Under the pieces are notes generated by a model. It made no database searches, was not told the DNA's origin, and worked only from the letters and a program-made list of their open reading frames with translations. From Bacilli bacterium (GTDB lineage Bacteria; Bacillota_I; Bacilli_A; RFN20; CAG-826), in contig JAKSVK010000005.1 in assembly GCA_024408075.1 (NCBI GenBank), forward strand, positions 4,942-68,941: 64,000 nt of DNA, in the 5' to 3' direction. The first letter of the stretch is position 1, and every line of letters begins with the position of its first letter. The position numbers were made by a program, and so were the translations under genes. Below, in pieces: positions 1 to 10,080 of this stretch.

Positions 1-1882
1 CTAAAACATGATCAGAAAAGTATCCATTTAAAATAATTCCTTTCAAATCATATTCGATGCCATAGAATTTCAAAATTCTCTCAATTGATTCTTCATAAGG
101 TTCGATTCTATTCTTATAAGTTAAATTTGAAGTAACTTTAATCGGGGCAAACAAACAAGGGCTAGAATAATATTTGTAAATTCCAGCAACTTTATAAGTA
201 ATATTAGTTCTTGAACTAGTATCAAAAAATGTTAGTTCGCTATTAACACCAACATTATATTTTTCTTGGAAGCCAGAGGAAATAAAAATAGTGTCTTCTT
301 CATAATTTGAAAAATCAATATTTATATATTTGCTGTTATCAACAATACCATACATAGATATAGCGGTTCGTTTATAACCAGATTGTTCATAGTCAAATGA
401 ATACATTCCAAATTTTTCAACGTTTGGTTCGTTACACTCTACTGGTAATTTTAATAAATACATGTCTTCACAAAAAGCTTCGTTTACCACAGTATTTATT
501 TGATTATCAACACAAGTTTTAAGAGAAACTCCTGTTGTAAAAAGAATTGAACCAAGAATAACACCAATAAATAAAAATACGTAATTTGCAAAGTTTTTCA
601 TGAAAATTCTTTCTCTTAATCTTGCAAAAAATCTTTTTTTGTTTTTTAAAACCTTTGTGCCTTGTTGAGAAACGTGCTCAATCTCTCCTTTTAAAAATGC
701 AGATGTCGGTTTTTGAATAAACAAAGCAACAATCAATAATGAAATTGCAAATAATATCACTGATGGAACAATTGTAGTTAATATAAATACATCCCAATAA
801 AAAGGTATCGAAATTAATTTAAAAGAAAATAGTTCTGTGAAAATATTAGCAAATATTGGTGCAAAAACAAAATAACCTAACAAATTACCAACAATTGATG
901 AAATAAGAATTACAAATAAAGGTAATAATAAATAAAACGATGTGAGTTGTGTTCGCGTAATTCCTGTCGCTCTTAAAGTGCCAATTACTTTCGATTCTTC
1001 GATTATTCTTGAAGTTGTATCAATAGAGAAAACAAACGCTATAATAGCAATCATAACGTACACAAATGCTAGAATAATAGGTGTATATTGTGAGGCATAA
1101 TTTTTAGGAGTGCTTATATTTCTATTTTCATTAGCAGGCAAAAACTTAATGACAAAATTCATATCTTTTTTTGTCAGATCATTAATAGTGCTTTTCATTT
1201 CAACAGATATTGCACTTTTTTCTTCATCACTTAATTGTTTGTTAAATTTATATGCATATGAAAAGGTTAAATCATTGACCGGAAATTTTGAAAAAGATTC
1301 GATATTTACATATCCAAGCAAAAATTCTTCAAATTTAAAAGCTATATCAGTGCTAGATTTTCTAATACTAGGAAAATCAGCAAAATAGCCTCTACCAACT
1401 ATATTAAACTGATAATCATTTATTGAAATGGTTTGGCCAATCTCATATTTATTATAATCAGAATAACTATCTTCTAATAAAATTTCATCAACAGCATTTG
1501 GCATGCGCCCACTAACGAGAGATATTTTATTTATTTCGTTACGATTAGTGTAAATATTTACATAATTATTCTCATTATTTTTATTTACAAATTTAACGTT
1601 GTAGTATGAATTATCTTCAATGTTCAAATCAAATTTATCTTCTATAGTTTTTATATTTTCGTCGCCAAACTTAAAGAAAGTTGAAAATTCACCATCTTCA
1701 GCATTTTGTGAGGTTAACATTGAATAATATGATTGATCCACTGCTTGAGTTCCTGTTAGGTAACCAGAAACAAGAGACAATAAAACAATAAGAAATACAT
1801 GCAAAATAAAAAACTTGAAGTAATTCTTTTTATACTCACGAGGTGCTCTTTTTAATATGGTTTTTTGAAAAATGCCTACCAT
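1..1882 (-). CDS. ABC transporter permease, FtsX/MacB-type with large extracytoplasmic domain (partial; C-terminus lies beyond the left window edge)
   Basis: Hand translation of the minus strand from ATG 1882-1880 gives MVGIFQKTILKRAPREYKK... and stays open to position 2 (...GIEYDLKGIILNGYFSDHVL). The pattern is N-terminal TM, ~230 aa loop, then an FtsX-like TM bundle (GTLRATGITRTQLTSFYLL). It overlaps the stop of the upstream ATPase gene by 7 nt. It is missing from the ORF track, consistent with its stop lying outside the window. Confidence 0.8.
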   Translation of the reverse strand, partial: MVGIFQKTILKRAPREYKKNYFKFFILHVFLIVLLSLVSGYLTGTQAVDQSYYSMLTSQNAEDGEFSTFFKFGDENIKTIEDKFDLNIEDNSYYNVKFVNKNNENNYVNIYTNRNEINKISLVSGRMPNAVDEILLEDSYSDYNKYEIGQTISINDYQFNIVGRGYFADFPSIRKSSTDIAFKFEEFLLGYVNIESFSKFPVNDLTFSYAYKFNKQLSDEEKSAISVEMKSTINDLTKKDMNFVIKFLPANENRNISTPKNYASQYTPIILAFVYVMIAIIAFVFSIDTTSRIIEESKVIGTLRATGITRTQLTSFYLLLPLFVILISSIVGNLLGYFVFAPIFANIFTELFSFKLISIPFYWDVFILTTIVPSVILFAISLLIVALFIQKPTSAFLKGEIEHVSQQGTKVLKNKKRFFARLRERIFMKNFANYVFLFIGVILGSILFTTGVSLKTCVDNQINTVVNEAFCEDMYLLKLPVECNEPNVEKFGMYSFDYEQSGYKRTAISMYGIVDNSKYINIDFSNYEEDTIFISSGFQEKYNVGVNSELTFFDTSSRTNITYKVAGIYKYYSSPCLFAPIKVTSNLTYKNRIEPYEESIERILKFYGIEYDLKGIILNGYFSDHVL

Positions 1883-2577
1883 TCGATTTCACTTATTGCT
1901 TTCTTATTATTATTAACTTCATTAGAGACAATAACTCCATCTTTTAAAGTTATAACTCGATCCGCCATTTCTTTGAGTGCGGAGTTATGAGTTACCATTA
2001 TTATTGTCGCTTGATATTTTTGATTTATTTCTTCAAATATGGACAAAACTTCTTTACTAGACTTATAGTCTAATGCTCCAGTAGGTTCGTCTGCTAAAAT
2101 GATATCAGGATTTTTTGCAATGGCTCTACCAATAGAAACACGCTGTTGTTGTCCACCACTAATTTGACGAGGAAATTTTTCTTTATGGTCAGTTAAACCA
2201 AGTGAATCAATTATTTCATCAATATCTAGAGAGTCTTCTACAAGTGAAGCACTTAATGCTATGTTCTCACGTACTGTTAAATTAGGAACTAAATTATAAT
2301 TCTGGAAAACAAAACCAACATTTTTTCTTCTATATTGAGTCGCTTTAGTTTCACTTAAATTAAATAAAGAATATCCATTAATTGTAACTTCACCATCATC
2401 AAACTTATCAATTGCACCTAAGATGTTTAATAAAGTAGACTTGCCACATCCTGAAGGGCCAAGAATGACAACAAATTCCCCTTTGTCAACAGAAAAGGAA
2501 ACATTTTTAAGAGCATAAAATAAATTATCTTTTGAATCACCATATGTTTTATTCAAATTTTTTATTTCAAGTAGCAT
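1876..2577 (-). CDS. ABC transporter ATP-binding protein (MacB/LolD-like)
   Basis: Walker A GPSGCGKST, ABC signature ISGGQQQR and Walker B IILADEPT. AAGGAGGGG Shine-Dalgarno sequence just upstream of the ATG. Confidence 0.9.
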   Translation of the reverse strand: MLLEIKNLNKTYGDSKDNLFYALKNVSFSVDKGEFVVILGPSGCGKSTLLNILGAIDKFDDGEVTINGYSLFNLSETKATQYRRKNVGFVFQNYNLVPNLTVRENIALSASLVEDSLDIDEIIDSLGLTDHKEKFPRQISGGQQQRVSIGRAIAKNPDIILADEPTGALDYKSSKEVLSIFEEINQKYQATIIMVTHNSALKEMADRVITLKDGVIVSNEVNNNKKAISEIEW

Positions 2578-2675
2578 AACGAATCCCCTCCTTATAGTTT
2601 AAACCCGAAACGAAAGAATTAATTGTTATTTTGATTACAACATTTTATTTCTTTCATATTTTACTACACAGTCAA

Positions 2676-2705
2676 TGAAAAACCTATCAATTTACGTGAT
2701 AGGTT
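2676..2705 (-). terminator. Rho-independent terminator-like hairpin about 100 nt upstream of the ABC operon start
   Basis: Minus-strand RNA reads AACCUAUCA-CGUAAAU-UGAUAGGUU followed by UUUCAUUG. The 9-bp perfect stem pairs 2681-2689 with 2697-2705. Confidence 0.5.
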
Positions 2706-3129
2706 CTATTATGCTTGTGATATATCGACCAACTATTGTGATATTTAACACCACTATTAATGTTTGACATATTTCAAAAATAGAAAAAGGATTATTTAAC
2801 CCATCTATTTCATTGCTACAAAAAATAGCAAGTGGTATGAATAAAAAAGTTGTTATAAATTTCCGTTAAAACTCTGCAAAAAGTTAACAAACTGGAGAGC
2901 AGTCTTTTTCTTTTTAAATGAACAACTTTTTAGAACAAAAATTCTCGTCTCTGTTCTATGAATTTTGTCGAGTATATTCTACAAATCTTAATTATTTGTG
3001 TAACGTCAATTGAGATTTTTAGGGTATCGTGTATCGGCAATTGCTGGCATCAAAAGCATAAACACAACTTTAAAAATGCAATTTTTGTCAAACTAAATGC
3101 AACAAATATTGCTTAATTGATTTTACTAG

Positions 3130-3160
3130 AAGAAAAATACCGATTATGTTGCATCGGCAT
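3130..3160 (-). terminator. Terminator-like hairpin 19 nt after the ugd stop (end of polysaccharide locus)
   Basis: Minus-strand RNA reads GCCGAU-GCAACAUA-AUCGGU (one G-U pair) followed by AUUUUUCUUC. Confidence 0.45.
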
Positions 3161-3176
3161 TTTCATCTAACAATTA

Positions 3177-4406
3177 TTAATCTCTTTTAAATATATCTCT
3201 TGAATAAACTTTTTCTTTAATATCATCTATAGATGAATCATATCGATTTGCGATAACTATATGGCTCATCTTTTTAAACTTTTTAAGGTCATTAACAACT
3301 AATGAGCCGAAAAATGTTTCTCCATCTTCAAGAGTAGGCTCATAAACGATAACCTTAGTACCTTTTCCTTTAATTCTTTTCATTATTCCTTGAATGGCAC
3401 TTTGTCTAAAATTATCAGAGTTTGTCTTCATTGATAGACGATATACACCTATAATGATTTCTTTTTCTTTGTTCTTTGAATATTCCTCAAACGGCGAATA
3501 CGAGCCAGCTTTTTCTAAAACTTTATTAGCAATATAATCTTTTCTTGTTTTATTTGATTCCACTATTGCCGATATAAGATTTTGAGGAATATTAGCAAAA
3601 TTAGCAAGTAATTGCTTTGTGTCTTTTGGTAAGCAATATCCTCCATAACCAAATGATGGATTATTATAATGGGTCCCAATACGAGGGTCTAAGCACACAC
3701 CATCAATAATTGATTTTGAATCAAGAGACATGTATTCAGCATATGTATCAAGTTCATTAAAATACGAAACACGCATTGCAAGATATGTGTTTGCAAAAAG
3801 TTTTACTGCTTCTGCTTCTGTTGTCCCCATATACAAAATAGGAACATCTTCTTTTATCGTGTTTTCTTTTAAAAGAGTCGCAAATTCAGAGGCGCGTTCA
3901 TTATTTTTTCCATCAAATCCAACAATAATTCTTGAAGGATATAAATTATCTTCAAGAGCTTTTGATTCTCTTAAGAACTCAGGGGAAAATAAAATATTTG
4001 AGGTTTTATGTTTTTCATTTAATTTTTTTGTAAATCCAACAGGAATTGTTGACTTAATAACAATCGTAGCTTTTTTATTTTGTTTGAGCACTTCTTCAAC
4101 TACGGTTTCAACACTTGATGTATCAAAGAAATTTCTCTTTGAATCATAATTAGTTGGGGTAGCTATTATGACAAAGTCAGCTTGTTTATAAATTGCCTCT
4201 GTCTTAGTGGTCGCAACTAAATGTAATTGTTTTTCTTTAAAATATTTCTCAATATATTCGTCTTTTATAGGAGATATTCTTTTATTTATTTGATCAACTT
4301 TGTCACTAACAATATCAACAAGTTTTACTTCATTAGATAAAGAAAGCAAAACTGAAAGACTAAGTCCAACATAGCCCGCACCAACAATAACTACGTTTTT
4401 GTTCAT
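3177..4406 (-). CDS. ugd: UDP-glucose 6-dehydrogenase
   Basis: [12 protein letters not shown] Rossmann motif and catalytic GGYCLPKD motif. Start trimmed to [11 protein letters not shown] (ATG 4406), which has a GGAG Shine-Dalgarno sequence; the ORF-track start at 4472 overlaps the upstream gene. Confidence 0.9.
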   Translation of the reverse strand: MNKNVVIVGAGYVGLSLSVLLSLSNEVKLVDIVSDKVDQINKRISPIKDEYIEKYFKEKQLHLVATTKTEAIYKQADFVIIATPTNYDSKRNFFDTSSVETVVEEVLKQNKKATIVIKSTIPVGFTKKLNEKHKTSNILFSPEFLRESKALEDNLYPSRIIVGFDGKNNERASEFATLLKENTIKEDVPILYMGTTEAEAVKLFANTYLAMRVSYFNELDTYAEYMSLDSKSIIDGVCLDPRIGTHYNNPSFGYGGYCLPKDTKQLLANFANIPQNLISAIVESNKTRKDYIANKVLEKAGSYSPFEEYSKNKEKEIIIGVYRLSMKTNSDNFRQSAIQGIMKRIKGKGTKVIVYEPTLEDGETFFGSLVVNDLKKFKKMSHIVIANRYDSSIDDIKEKVYSRDIFKRD

Positions 4407-4407
4407 G

Positions 4408-5466
4408 TTATTTATCTCCTTTTTTGATAATGTAAAAACTATAATACCATTCTGCAAATTTTGATAAGCCATCTTCCAGAGAAGTCGTTGGTTTATAATT
4501 GAAATCTTTTTCTAATTTACTTGTATCTGCATAGGTAACAGGAACATCTCCAGGTTGCATATCAACGAATTCAAGATGAGAATCAATGTCAAAATTATTA
4601 GGGAGAACTTTAAATTTCTTAAGGTTATCTCCAAGAATATGAACAAAATCTATCAAATTCTTAGGATGATTATTCCCAATGTTATAAATTTTATATGGAG
4701 GAATTGGTAGGCCATCTTCACCATCGCTTTTCTTCGGAGCTTTTGACATTATTTTGATAATTCCATCTACAATATCATCAATATAAGTGAAATCACGTTT
4801 GCAATCACCATGATTAAAGATTTTAATCTTTTCTCCTTTAACAAGCTTATTAGTAAAAGAAAAATAAGCCATATCAGGTCTACCTGCAGGGCCATAAACC
4901 GTAAAAAAGCGTAATCCTGTAGTAGGAATATTGTAAAGTTTTGAGTAGCAATGCGCTAAAAGTTCATCGCATTTTTTTGTTGCTGCATACAAACTTACTG
5001 GGTTATCAACTTTATCATCTTCTGAAAATGGAATTTTTTTACTTCCACCGTAGACCGAAGAGCTTGAAGCATATACTAAATGTTCAACAGGATATTTTCT
5101 ACAAGCCTCTAAAATGTTATAAAAACCAATTAAATTAGATTGAATATAAGCATCTGGATTTTCAATTGAATATCTAACGCCAGCTTGAGCAGCTAAATTC
5201 ACAACAATATCAAAATTATATTCGTTAAACAATTTAAGAAGCGATTGCATATCGCACAAATCGCTTTTAATGAATTTAAAAGAAGATTTACTATCAAGAC
5301 TTTGAATTTCAGACAATCTAAAATTTTTAATTTTAGTATCATAATAATCATTCAAATTATCTAAACCAACTATTAAATAATTAGAGTTAGTACTTAATAA
5401 TTTTTTAACAAGATTGGCTCCAATAAATCCAGCAGCACCAGTAACTAAAATTTTCTTTTCGAACAT
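4408..5466 (-). CDS. NAD-dependent UDP-glucuronate 4-epimerase-like SDR
   Basis: [31 protein letters not shown] and YAATK (YxxxK), which is the typical Cap1J/LpsL-type pattern. Sits directly upstream of ugd. Confidence 0.75.
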   Translation of the reverse strand: MFEKKILVTGAAGFIGANLVKKLLSTNSNYLIVGLDNLNDYYDTKIKNFRLSEIQSLDSKSSFKFIKSDLCDMQSLLKLFNEYNFDIVVNLAAQAGVRYSIENPDAYIQSNLIGFYNILEACRKYPVEHLVYASSSSVYGGSKKIPFSEDDKVDNPVSLYAATKKCDELLAHCYSKLYNIPTTGLRFFTVYGPAGRPDMAYFSFTNKLVKGEKIKIFNHGDCKRDFTYIDDIVDGIIKIMSKAPKKSDGEDGLPIPPYKIYNIGNNHPKNLIDFVHILGDNLKKFKVLPNNFDIDSHLEFVDMQPGDVPVTYADTSKLEKDFNYKPTTSLEDGLSKFAEWYYSFYIIKKGDK

Positions 5467-5485
5467 ATAATCACCACTTCTTTTA

Positions 5486-7393
5486 TTATTTTTTCAAATA
5501 TCCTAATATATCTTCAATTATTAATGATGAATCACCAACAATTAATTTCTGATATTTTTGAACAAATTTCTTATTTTCAAACTTTATCGCAGTAGCTTCA
5601 TCCCTATAAACAAATAAACATTTACTCCAAATTAGAGATTTCTTGGCTTTTTCAACAAAGCTTATATGTGTATTTTTATCACACACAACTATCAAGACAC
5701 TTGTTTTAATCTTTCTAAATTGTTTTGAAAGAATTTTTCGATGGTTTAAATCTTCATAATTAACCACAATGTATGCTGGTTTGTATTCAATTATATCTTG
5801 GATAAGTTTAGTGCGTTGTTCTTCTGTAACTATCTCACTAGGATTAAAAATCATGTTGTTACGTTTCTTGTCATCAATTAATAAACCATCAGCAGCAAAA
5901 TAATAAGAGCTATCAAAATTATCCATAAGCGTTTTGTAATGAACGTCTTCTGGAACAACAATTTCACTTTTTTTATTATTGAATGAAGCAATAATTATTG
6001 TTGAGATTAATGAGATTAATATTGATGTAGGGAAGAAAATTTGATCAGTTAAAGTAAACAAGAATCCGAACATCATTGGGACATAAAAGCCAAAGCGATA
6101 ATTGGTAATTTTTATTCTCTTTTGAAATTTGATTAAACAATAAACAATTAAACCAATAAAAAGTAAAGTTATTGGTAATCCATACCCACATGCAAGTTGG
6201 ACAAAATTGGTGTGTGGAGGGGCAGAAAGAGCATATTCATGCAAAATATTAGTCGCTCCAACACCGAAAAGAACATAATTTGCTTTAGTGAACATTTTAG
6301 AAAAATATTCCGAAATCAAAGTTAAACGATTGCCGGCAGATGAAGCATCTTTTTCAAAGAATCTATTCACAATACGAATTAAAGTTTTAGTATCTATAAG
6401 TGATAGTAAGGATATAAATAATAAAACTGAAAATAAAACAATAAAAGCATCAATTGGTTTTGTTCTTTTATGAATTATTGAAAACACAAGTACTGCAATT
6501 CCTAACAAAATTACAAACAATATAAAACTACGAGAGTTTGTCCAAAAACCGAACAATATAATTACAATGCCAAGAATAATGCATGCAATTTTATCTTTTT
6601 TATTTTGTATAACCGGATAAATAAAATAAGCGGACGCTCCACCAATTAAGGCGCTTAATCCAACATTATTTGAATTTTCACCTATACGCATATCGCTTAC
6701 ATATGGATAAGGAACTTTACATCCAGTATTAACCCAATTTACAGCATTGTCCCTTGAGCCAAAACGATATGAATTTAATAAATTTTTAAAATTAACCCAA
6801 TCATAAGCTCTATGTCGAATACCCCAAATGCCAACTTCAACTACTTGGAAAGTAACTAAAATATAAGTAACAACATACCCAAAAATAAGCATCAAAACGT
6901 GCTTATAATTAAACAACTTTCTATTATAAAAACAAAAACATAAGAAGAATAGAGCACAAAACAAACGAATTGAATCTTTAATGTTTAAATTTCCATAGGC
7001 AAGCGTTAAAACTATTTCTAATAAACAGAAAAATAATGGAACAGAAATTATTAAAATCCATGTTTTAATTGAAAATTTCTTAAAAAATCTAATTATAATA
7101 AAAGCTACCAAAATGCCAAAAATAAATAAATCTGGTAAGCCTATTGCAAACGGAACGGTATAAACAAAAAGATATAAAAAATAATTATTATTTAATAAGA
7201 TCGAAAAAATAAGACAAAAAGCAACAAACAAGTATTTATTTATAGCTATATGAAATACATCTCTTGTTAAACACAAAAGCGGAAGCAATACTAAATACGA
7301 AATAAAAATAATTTTTTGTAGTTTCGATGCATTAAACAAAGACTGCATTTTAAAACTTACTAATTCTAAAGGTTTTTTTAACGCGTTCATCAT
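5486..7393 (-). CDS. Wzy-like polytopic membrane protein (O-antigen/capsule polymerase or ligase family) with a C-terminal ~164-aa soluble extension
   Basis: 635 aa, with more than 10 predicted hydrophobic helices over the first ~470 aa. The sequence then continues from NNKKSEIVVPEDV... to the end without any TM segment. Located between wzx and the uronate genes. Confidence 0.6.
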   Translation of the reverse strand: MMNALKKPLELVSFKMQSLFNASKLQKIIFISYLVLLPLLCLTRDVFHIAINKYLFVAFCLIFSILLNNNYFLYLFVYTVPFAIGLPDLFIFGILVAFIIIRFFKKFSIKTWILIISVPLFFCLLEIVLTLAYGNLNIKDSIRLFCALFFLCFCFYNRKLFNYKHVLMLIFGYVVTYILVTFQVVEVGIWGIRHRAYDWVNFKNLLNSYRFGSRDNAVNWVNTGCKVPYPYVSDMRIGENSNNVGLSALIGGASAYFIYPVIQNKKDKIACIILGIVIILFGFWTNSRSFILFVILLGIAVLVFSIIHKRTKPIDAFIVLFSVLLFISLLSLIDTKTLIRIVNRFFEKDASSAGNRLTLISEYFSKMFTKANYVLFGVGATNILHEYALSAPPHTNFVQLACGYGLPITLLFIGLIVYCLIKFQKRIKITNYRFGFYVPMMFGFLFTLTDQIFFPTSILISLISTIIIASFNNKKSEIVVPEDVHYKTLMDNFDSSYYFAADGLLIDDKKRNNMIFNPSEIVTEEQRTKLIQDIIEYKPAYIVVNYEDLNHRKILSKQFRKIKTSVLIVVCDKNTHISFVEKAKKSLIWSKCLFVYRDEATAIKFENKKFVQKYQKLIVGDSSLIIEDILGYLKK

Positions 7394-7452
7394 TTAATTA
7401 TTCCTAAGCCACTTAAAGTTTATCATAAATAAAGATAAATAGTTAATAACAA

Positions 7453-8940
7453 CTACTTATCTTCCTTTCTATCTTTTTTATGAAAATGGTTTTTAAAGAA
7501 ATTTATAACCTCGAGACGTATATTTAAATAAACATCATTTTTTAATAATTTGCACAATAAAAGATAAATACAAGCGCCAACAACAATTTGGACGACTAGT
7601 AAAACAATGTAGTTTATTTTAATGTAACTTAATCCCAAAACAACACCACCCATAACAACAGCACTTAATATTGTTTTCCATGAATCTTTAAACATGTCAA
7701 ATAAACTGTAACCAATTATTCTTTTTACAGGAATCATAATAACGATTACATCAACCCACATACTAATAGCAAAACCAATTGCTACAGCAATAACACTATT
7801 AAAACAAGCAAGCGAAATAATCAAAATGCCAATCATAATTATTCTTCTAACAATTTCAAGTATAAGGTAAACATTTGATTTTCCAAGTGCTTTAATAGCC
7901 ACTAAATTAGCAGAAGAGAAAGGCATAGTAGCCCAAGCTATAGCTATAAGTTGTAGATAAGGCACGCAAGGTAACCATTTATCTGTTAATAATAATTTAA
8001 CAAGTGGCTCTGCTATTACTAATAATCCAAACATAGCAGGTAAAATTAGCAAAATACTAACTTTTACTGTCTTACTAAGCATATATTTCACTTTCTTCTT
8101 ATCTTCTTGAACAGAGCTTATTGTAGGAAGCATAACGTTTTGTATTGAACTATCTAATGTGGTAGCAATTATATAAGGAATTTGACGGCCTCTATCGTAA
8201 TAAGCCAAATCTGCCTCAGAATATTTTTTCCCAATTATAATTGAGCGAATGTTGTTATAAAAAGCAGTCAGTAATGCGGAAACAAGCATTTTCCAACCGA
8301 AACTAAATAATACTTTGGCTTTTTCCAATGAAAATTTTAATTTTGGAAACCATTTTTGAACAATTGCCATACCAGCGCAAGAAAGCAAACTATGTAACGC
8401 ATAGTAAAGCAAAATAGACCAAACTCCCAAGCCAAGATAAGCTGAAACAATTCCAACAGTTCCTGAAATAACACTAGAAACAATATTTACCAGCATCAAT
8501 TCTTTGAATTTCATTTTCTTTTCTAATCTAGCTGATAAAACAGAACTAAATGGAACAAAGAGCAATGAAAATGAGTAAACTTGAATGATTTTTACTAATG
8601 AATCAGAATGGTAAAACTGACTAATTACTGGCGCACAAAAAAATAGCACCACAACCATTACAGCAGAAACTGCTAAATTAATAATGAAAACAGTAGAAAA
8701 ATCAAGATCATCAACTTCTTTTTTTTGAACAAGAGCTACTTTAAACCCACCAGCAATGATTGTCTGAGAAATATCAACAAAAGCCATAACAATAGCAACA
8801 ATACCAAAATCATTTGGTGACAAAATCCTTGCTAAAACTATGCTAATTATTAAACCAATAGCTTTTGAAATAAGACTTATTATTACAGAATACGCCATTG
8901 ATGACGCTACTACTTTTTTAGTAATTGGTTTAGTTTCCAT
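7453..8940 (-). CDS. wzx: Polysaccharide flippase, MOP/Wzx family
   Basis: 495 aa and highly hydrophobic, with a roughly 12-14 TM pattern. The N-terminus resembles the Polysacc_synt family. Context is a glycan locus. Confidence 0.75.
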   Translation of the reverse strand: METKPITKKVVASSMAYSVIISLISKAIGLIISIVLARILSPNDFGIVAIVMAFVDISQTIIAGGFKVALVQKKEVDDLDFSTVFIINLAVSAVMVVVLFFCAPVISQFYHSDSLVKIIQVYSFSLLFVPFSSVLSARLEKKMKFKELMLVNIVSSVISGTVGIVSAYLGLGVWSILLYYALHSLLSCAGMAIVQKWFPKLKFSLEKAKVLFSFGWKMLVSALLTAFYNNIRSIIIGKKYSEADLAYYDRGRQIPYIIATTLDSSIQNVMLPTISSVQEDKKKVKYMLSKTVKVSILLILPAMFGLLVIAEPLVKLLLTDKWLPCVPYLQLIAIAWATMPFSSANLVAIKALGKSNVYLILEIVRRIIMIGILIISLACFNSVIAVAIGFAISMWVDVIVIMIPVKRIIGYSLFDMFKDSWKTILSAVVMGGVVLGLSYIKINYIVLLVVQIVVGACIYLLLCKLLKNDVYLNIRLEVINFFKNHFHKKDRKEDK

Positions 8941-8986
8941 AATTTTTAAAAATTATATCATTTCAAAATTTTTTTAAAACTTAATT

Positions 8987-10075
8987 CTAATTTTCAATTA
9001 TCTCAAGTAATGTTTTAAATGACTTTTCATCTGAGCAAAAATCAATTATTTTTTTACGAGCGTTGTTGCCCATGTTTTCAATTTGAGAAGTAGACAAATT
9101 AATAGCAGAAATAATGCAGTCACAAATAGATTTTGCATCTCCTGTTTTGGCTAAAAAACCATTTACACCATCATCAATTAAATCTTTTGGTCCAGTTTTA
9201 CAATCAGTTGAAATACAGATTAATTTAGATGCCATTGCTTCAATTAATGAATTAGGAAGTCCTTCATAATCAGACGTCATCAAAAATGCATCAGCATTCT
9301 CATATTCTTTCAGTATTTCAGAAGAATATCCTTTTAAGAAAACAACATTTTCTAATTTTTTTTCTTTAATTATTTTCTCCAATTCTTGAGCATATCGTTC
9401 ATTCCCTTTTCCAAAAATATTTAACTTAATACTTGGATAGTTTTTATGCGCAATTCTGAATGCTTCTATCATTAAGGGATAATTTTTTTGAGGGTTTAGT
9501 CTCCCAGATGCTATAAAATTGCGGATTTCATTAGATAATTTCATCGGTTCATTATCAATTATTTTTGGTGTTAACGGATTGCTAATAACTATGCATTTTT
9601 TTTGATTTTTCTTAGAAAAAAATTTAATTTGTTCATTTGTTTGAACAATAATACAATTTGCTTTATTAAAACATCTTCTCCACAAAAACTTGCAAATTCT
9701 ATTTTTTTGAAAAATATACCATGGATTATTCCTTACAGTTTCTATCCTCTTAAATTTCAGTCCAATCGAAGCAAGATTGCACCAAATTTGAGTAGTAGGT
9801 AGAAAGGAGATAACAACATCAGGTTTCTCTTTTATTAAAATACTGCGATAAGAAAAATATCTATTTATATAACTCATTTTTTGAAAATCATTATATTTTG
9901 AGGTTATCGAAAGAATTTTAACATTAGGAGAAATTTGATATTCGTTTTCTCCTCTTCCGCAAATTAGAATCGAAACATCATAACCAGCTTTGTAAAGCTT
10001 GCTTGACCATATAGAAACAACTCTTTCTGCTCCACCACCAAATAATTGACCAACTGCTAAAATAATTTTTTTCAT
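8987..10075 (-). CDS. Glycosyltransferase, GT4 (GT-B fold)
   Basis: N-terminal GGAERV motif and a C-terminal EX7E-type motif, SDYEGLPNSLIEAMASKL. Confidence 0.8.
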   Translation of the reverse strand: MKKIILAVGQLFGGGAERVVSIWSSKLYKAGYDVSILICGRGENEYQISPNVKILSITSKYNDFQKMSYINRYFSYRSILIKEKPDVVISFLPTTQIWCNLASIGLKFKRIETVRNNPWYIFQKNRICKFLWRRCFNKANCIIVQTNEQIKFFSKKNQKKCIVISNPLTPKIIDNEPMKLSNEIRNFIASGRLNPQKNYPLMIEAFRIAHKNYPSIKLNIFGKGNERYAQELEKIIKEKKLENVVFLKGYSSEILKEYENADAFLMTSDYEGLPNSLIEAMASKLICISTDCKTGPKDLIDDGVNGFLAKTGDAKSICDCIISAINLSTSQIENMGNNARKKIIDFCSDEKSFKTLLEIIEN

Positions 10076-10080
10076 AATTA

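Noticed and set aside
1110-1388. 92-aa plus-strand ORF
   Set aside because: It lies antisense to the FtsX-type permease gene, which is open from 1882 to the window edge.
2675-2767. 30-aa hydrophobic plus-strand mini-ORF (MKNLSIYVIGSIMLVIYRPTIVIFNTTINV), considered as a type I toxin-like peptide
   Set aside because: It has no Shine-Dalgarno sequence or recognisable promoter. It overlaps the minus-strand terminator hairpin. Short hydrophobic ORFs are expected by chance in AT-rich DNA. It cannot be supported without expression data.
8719-9603. A8/T8 homopolymer tracts inside wzx (8719-8726) and a GT4 gene (9596-9603), considered as possible slipped-strand phase-variation switches
   Set aside because: Runs of 8 encoding Lys-Lys are common in AT-rich coding sequence and are shorter than typical contingency tracts. 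There is no evidence of length heterogeneity from a single sequence.
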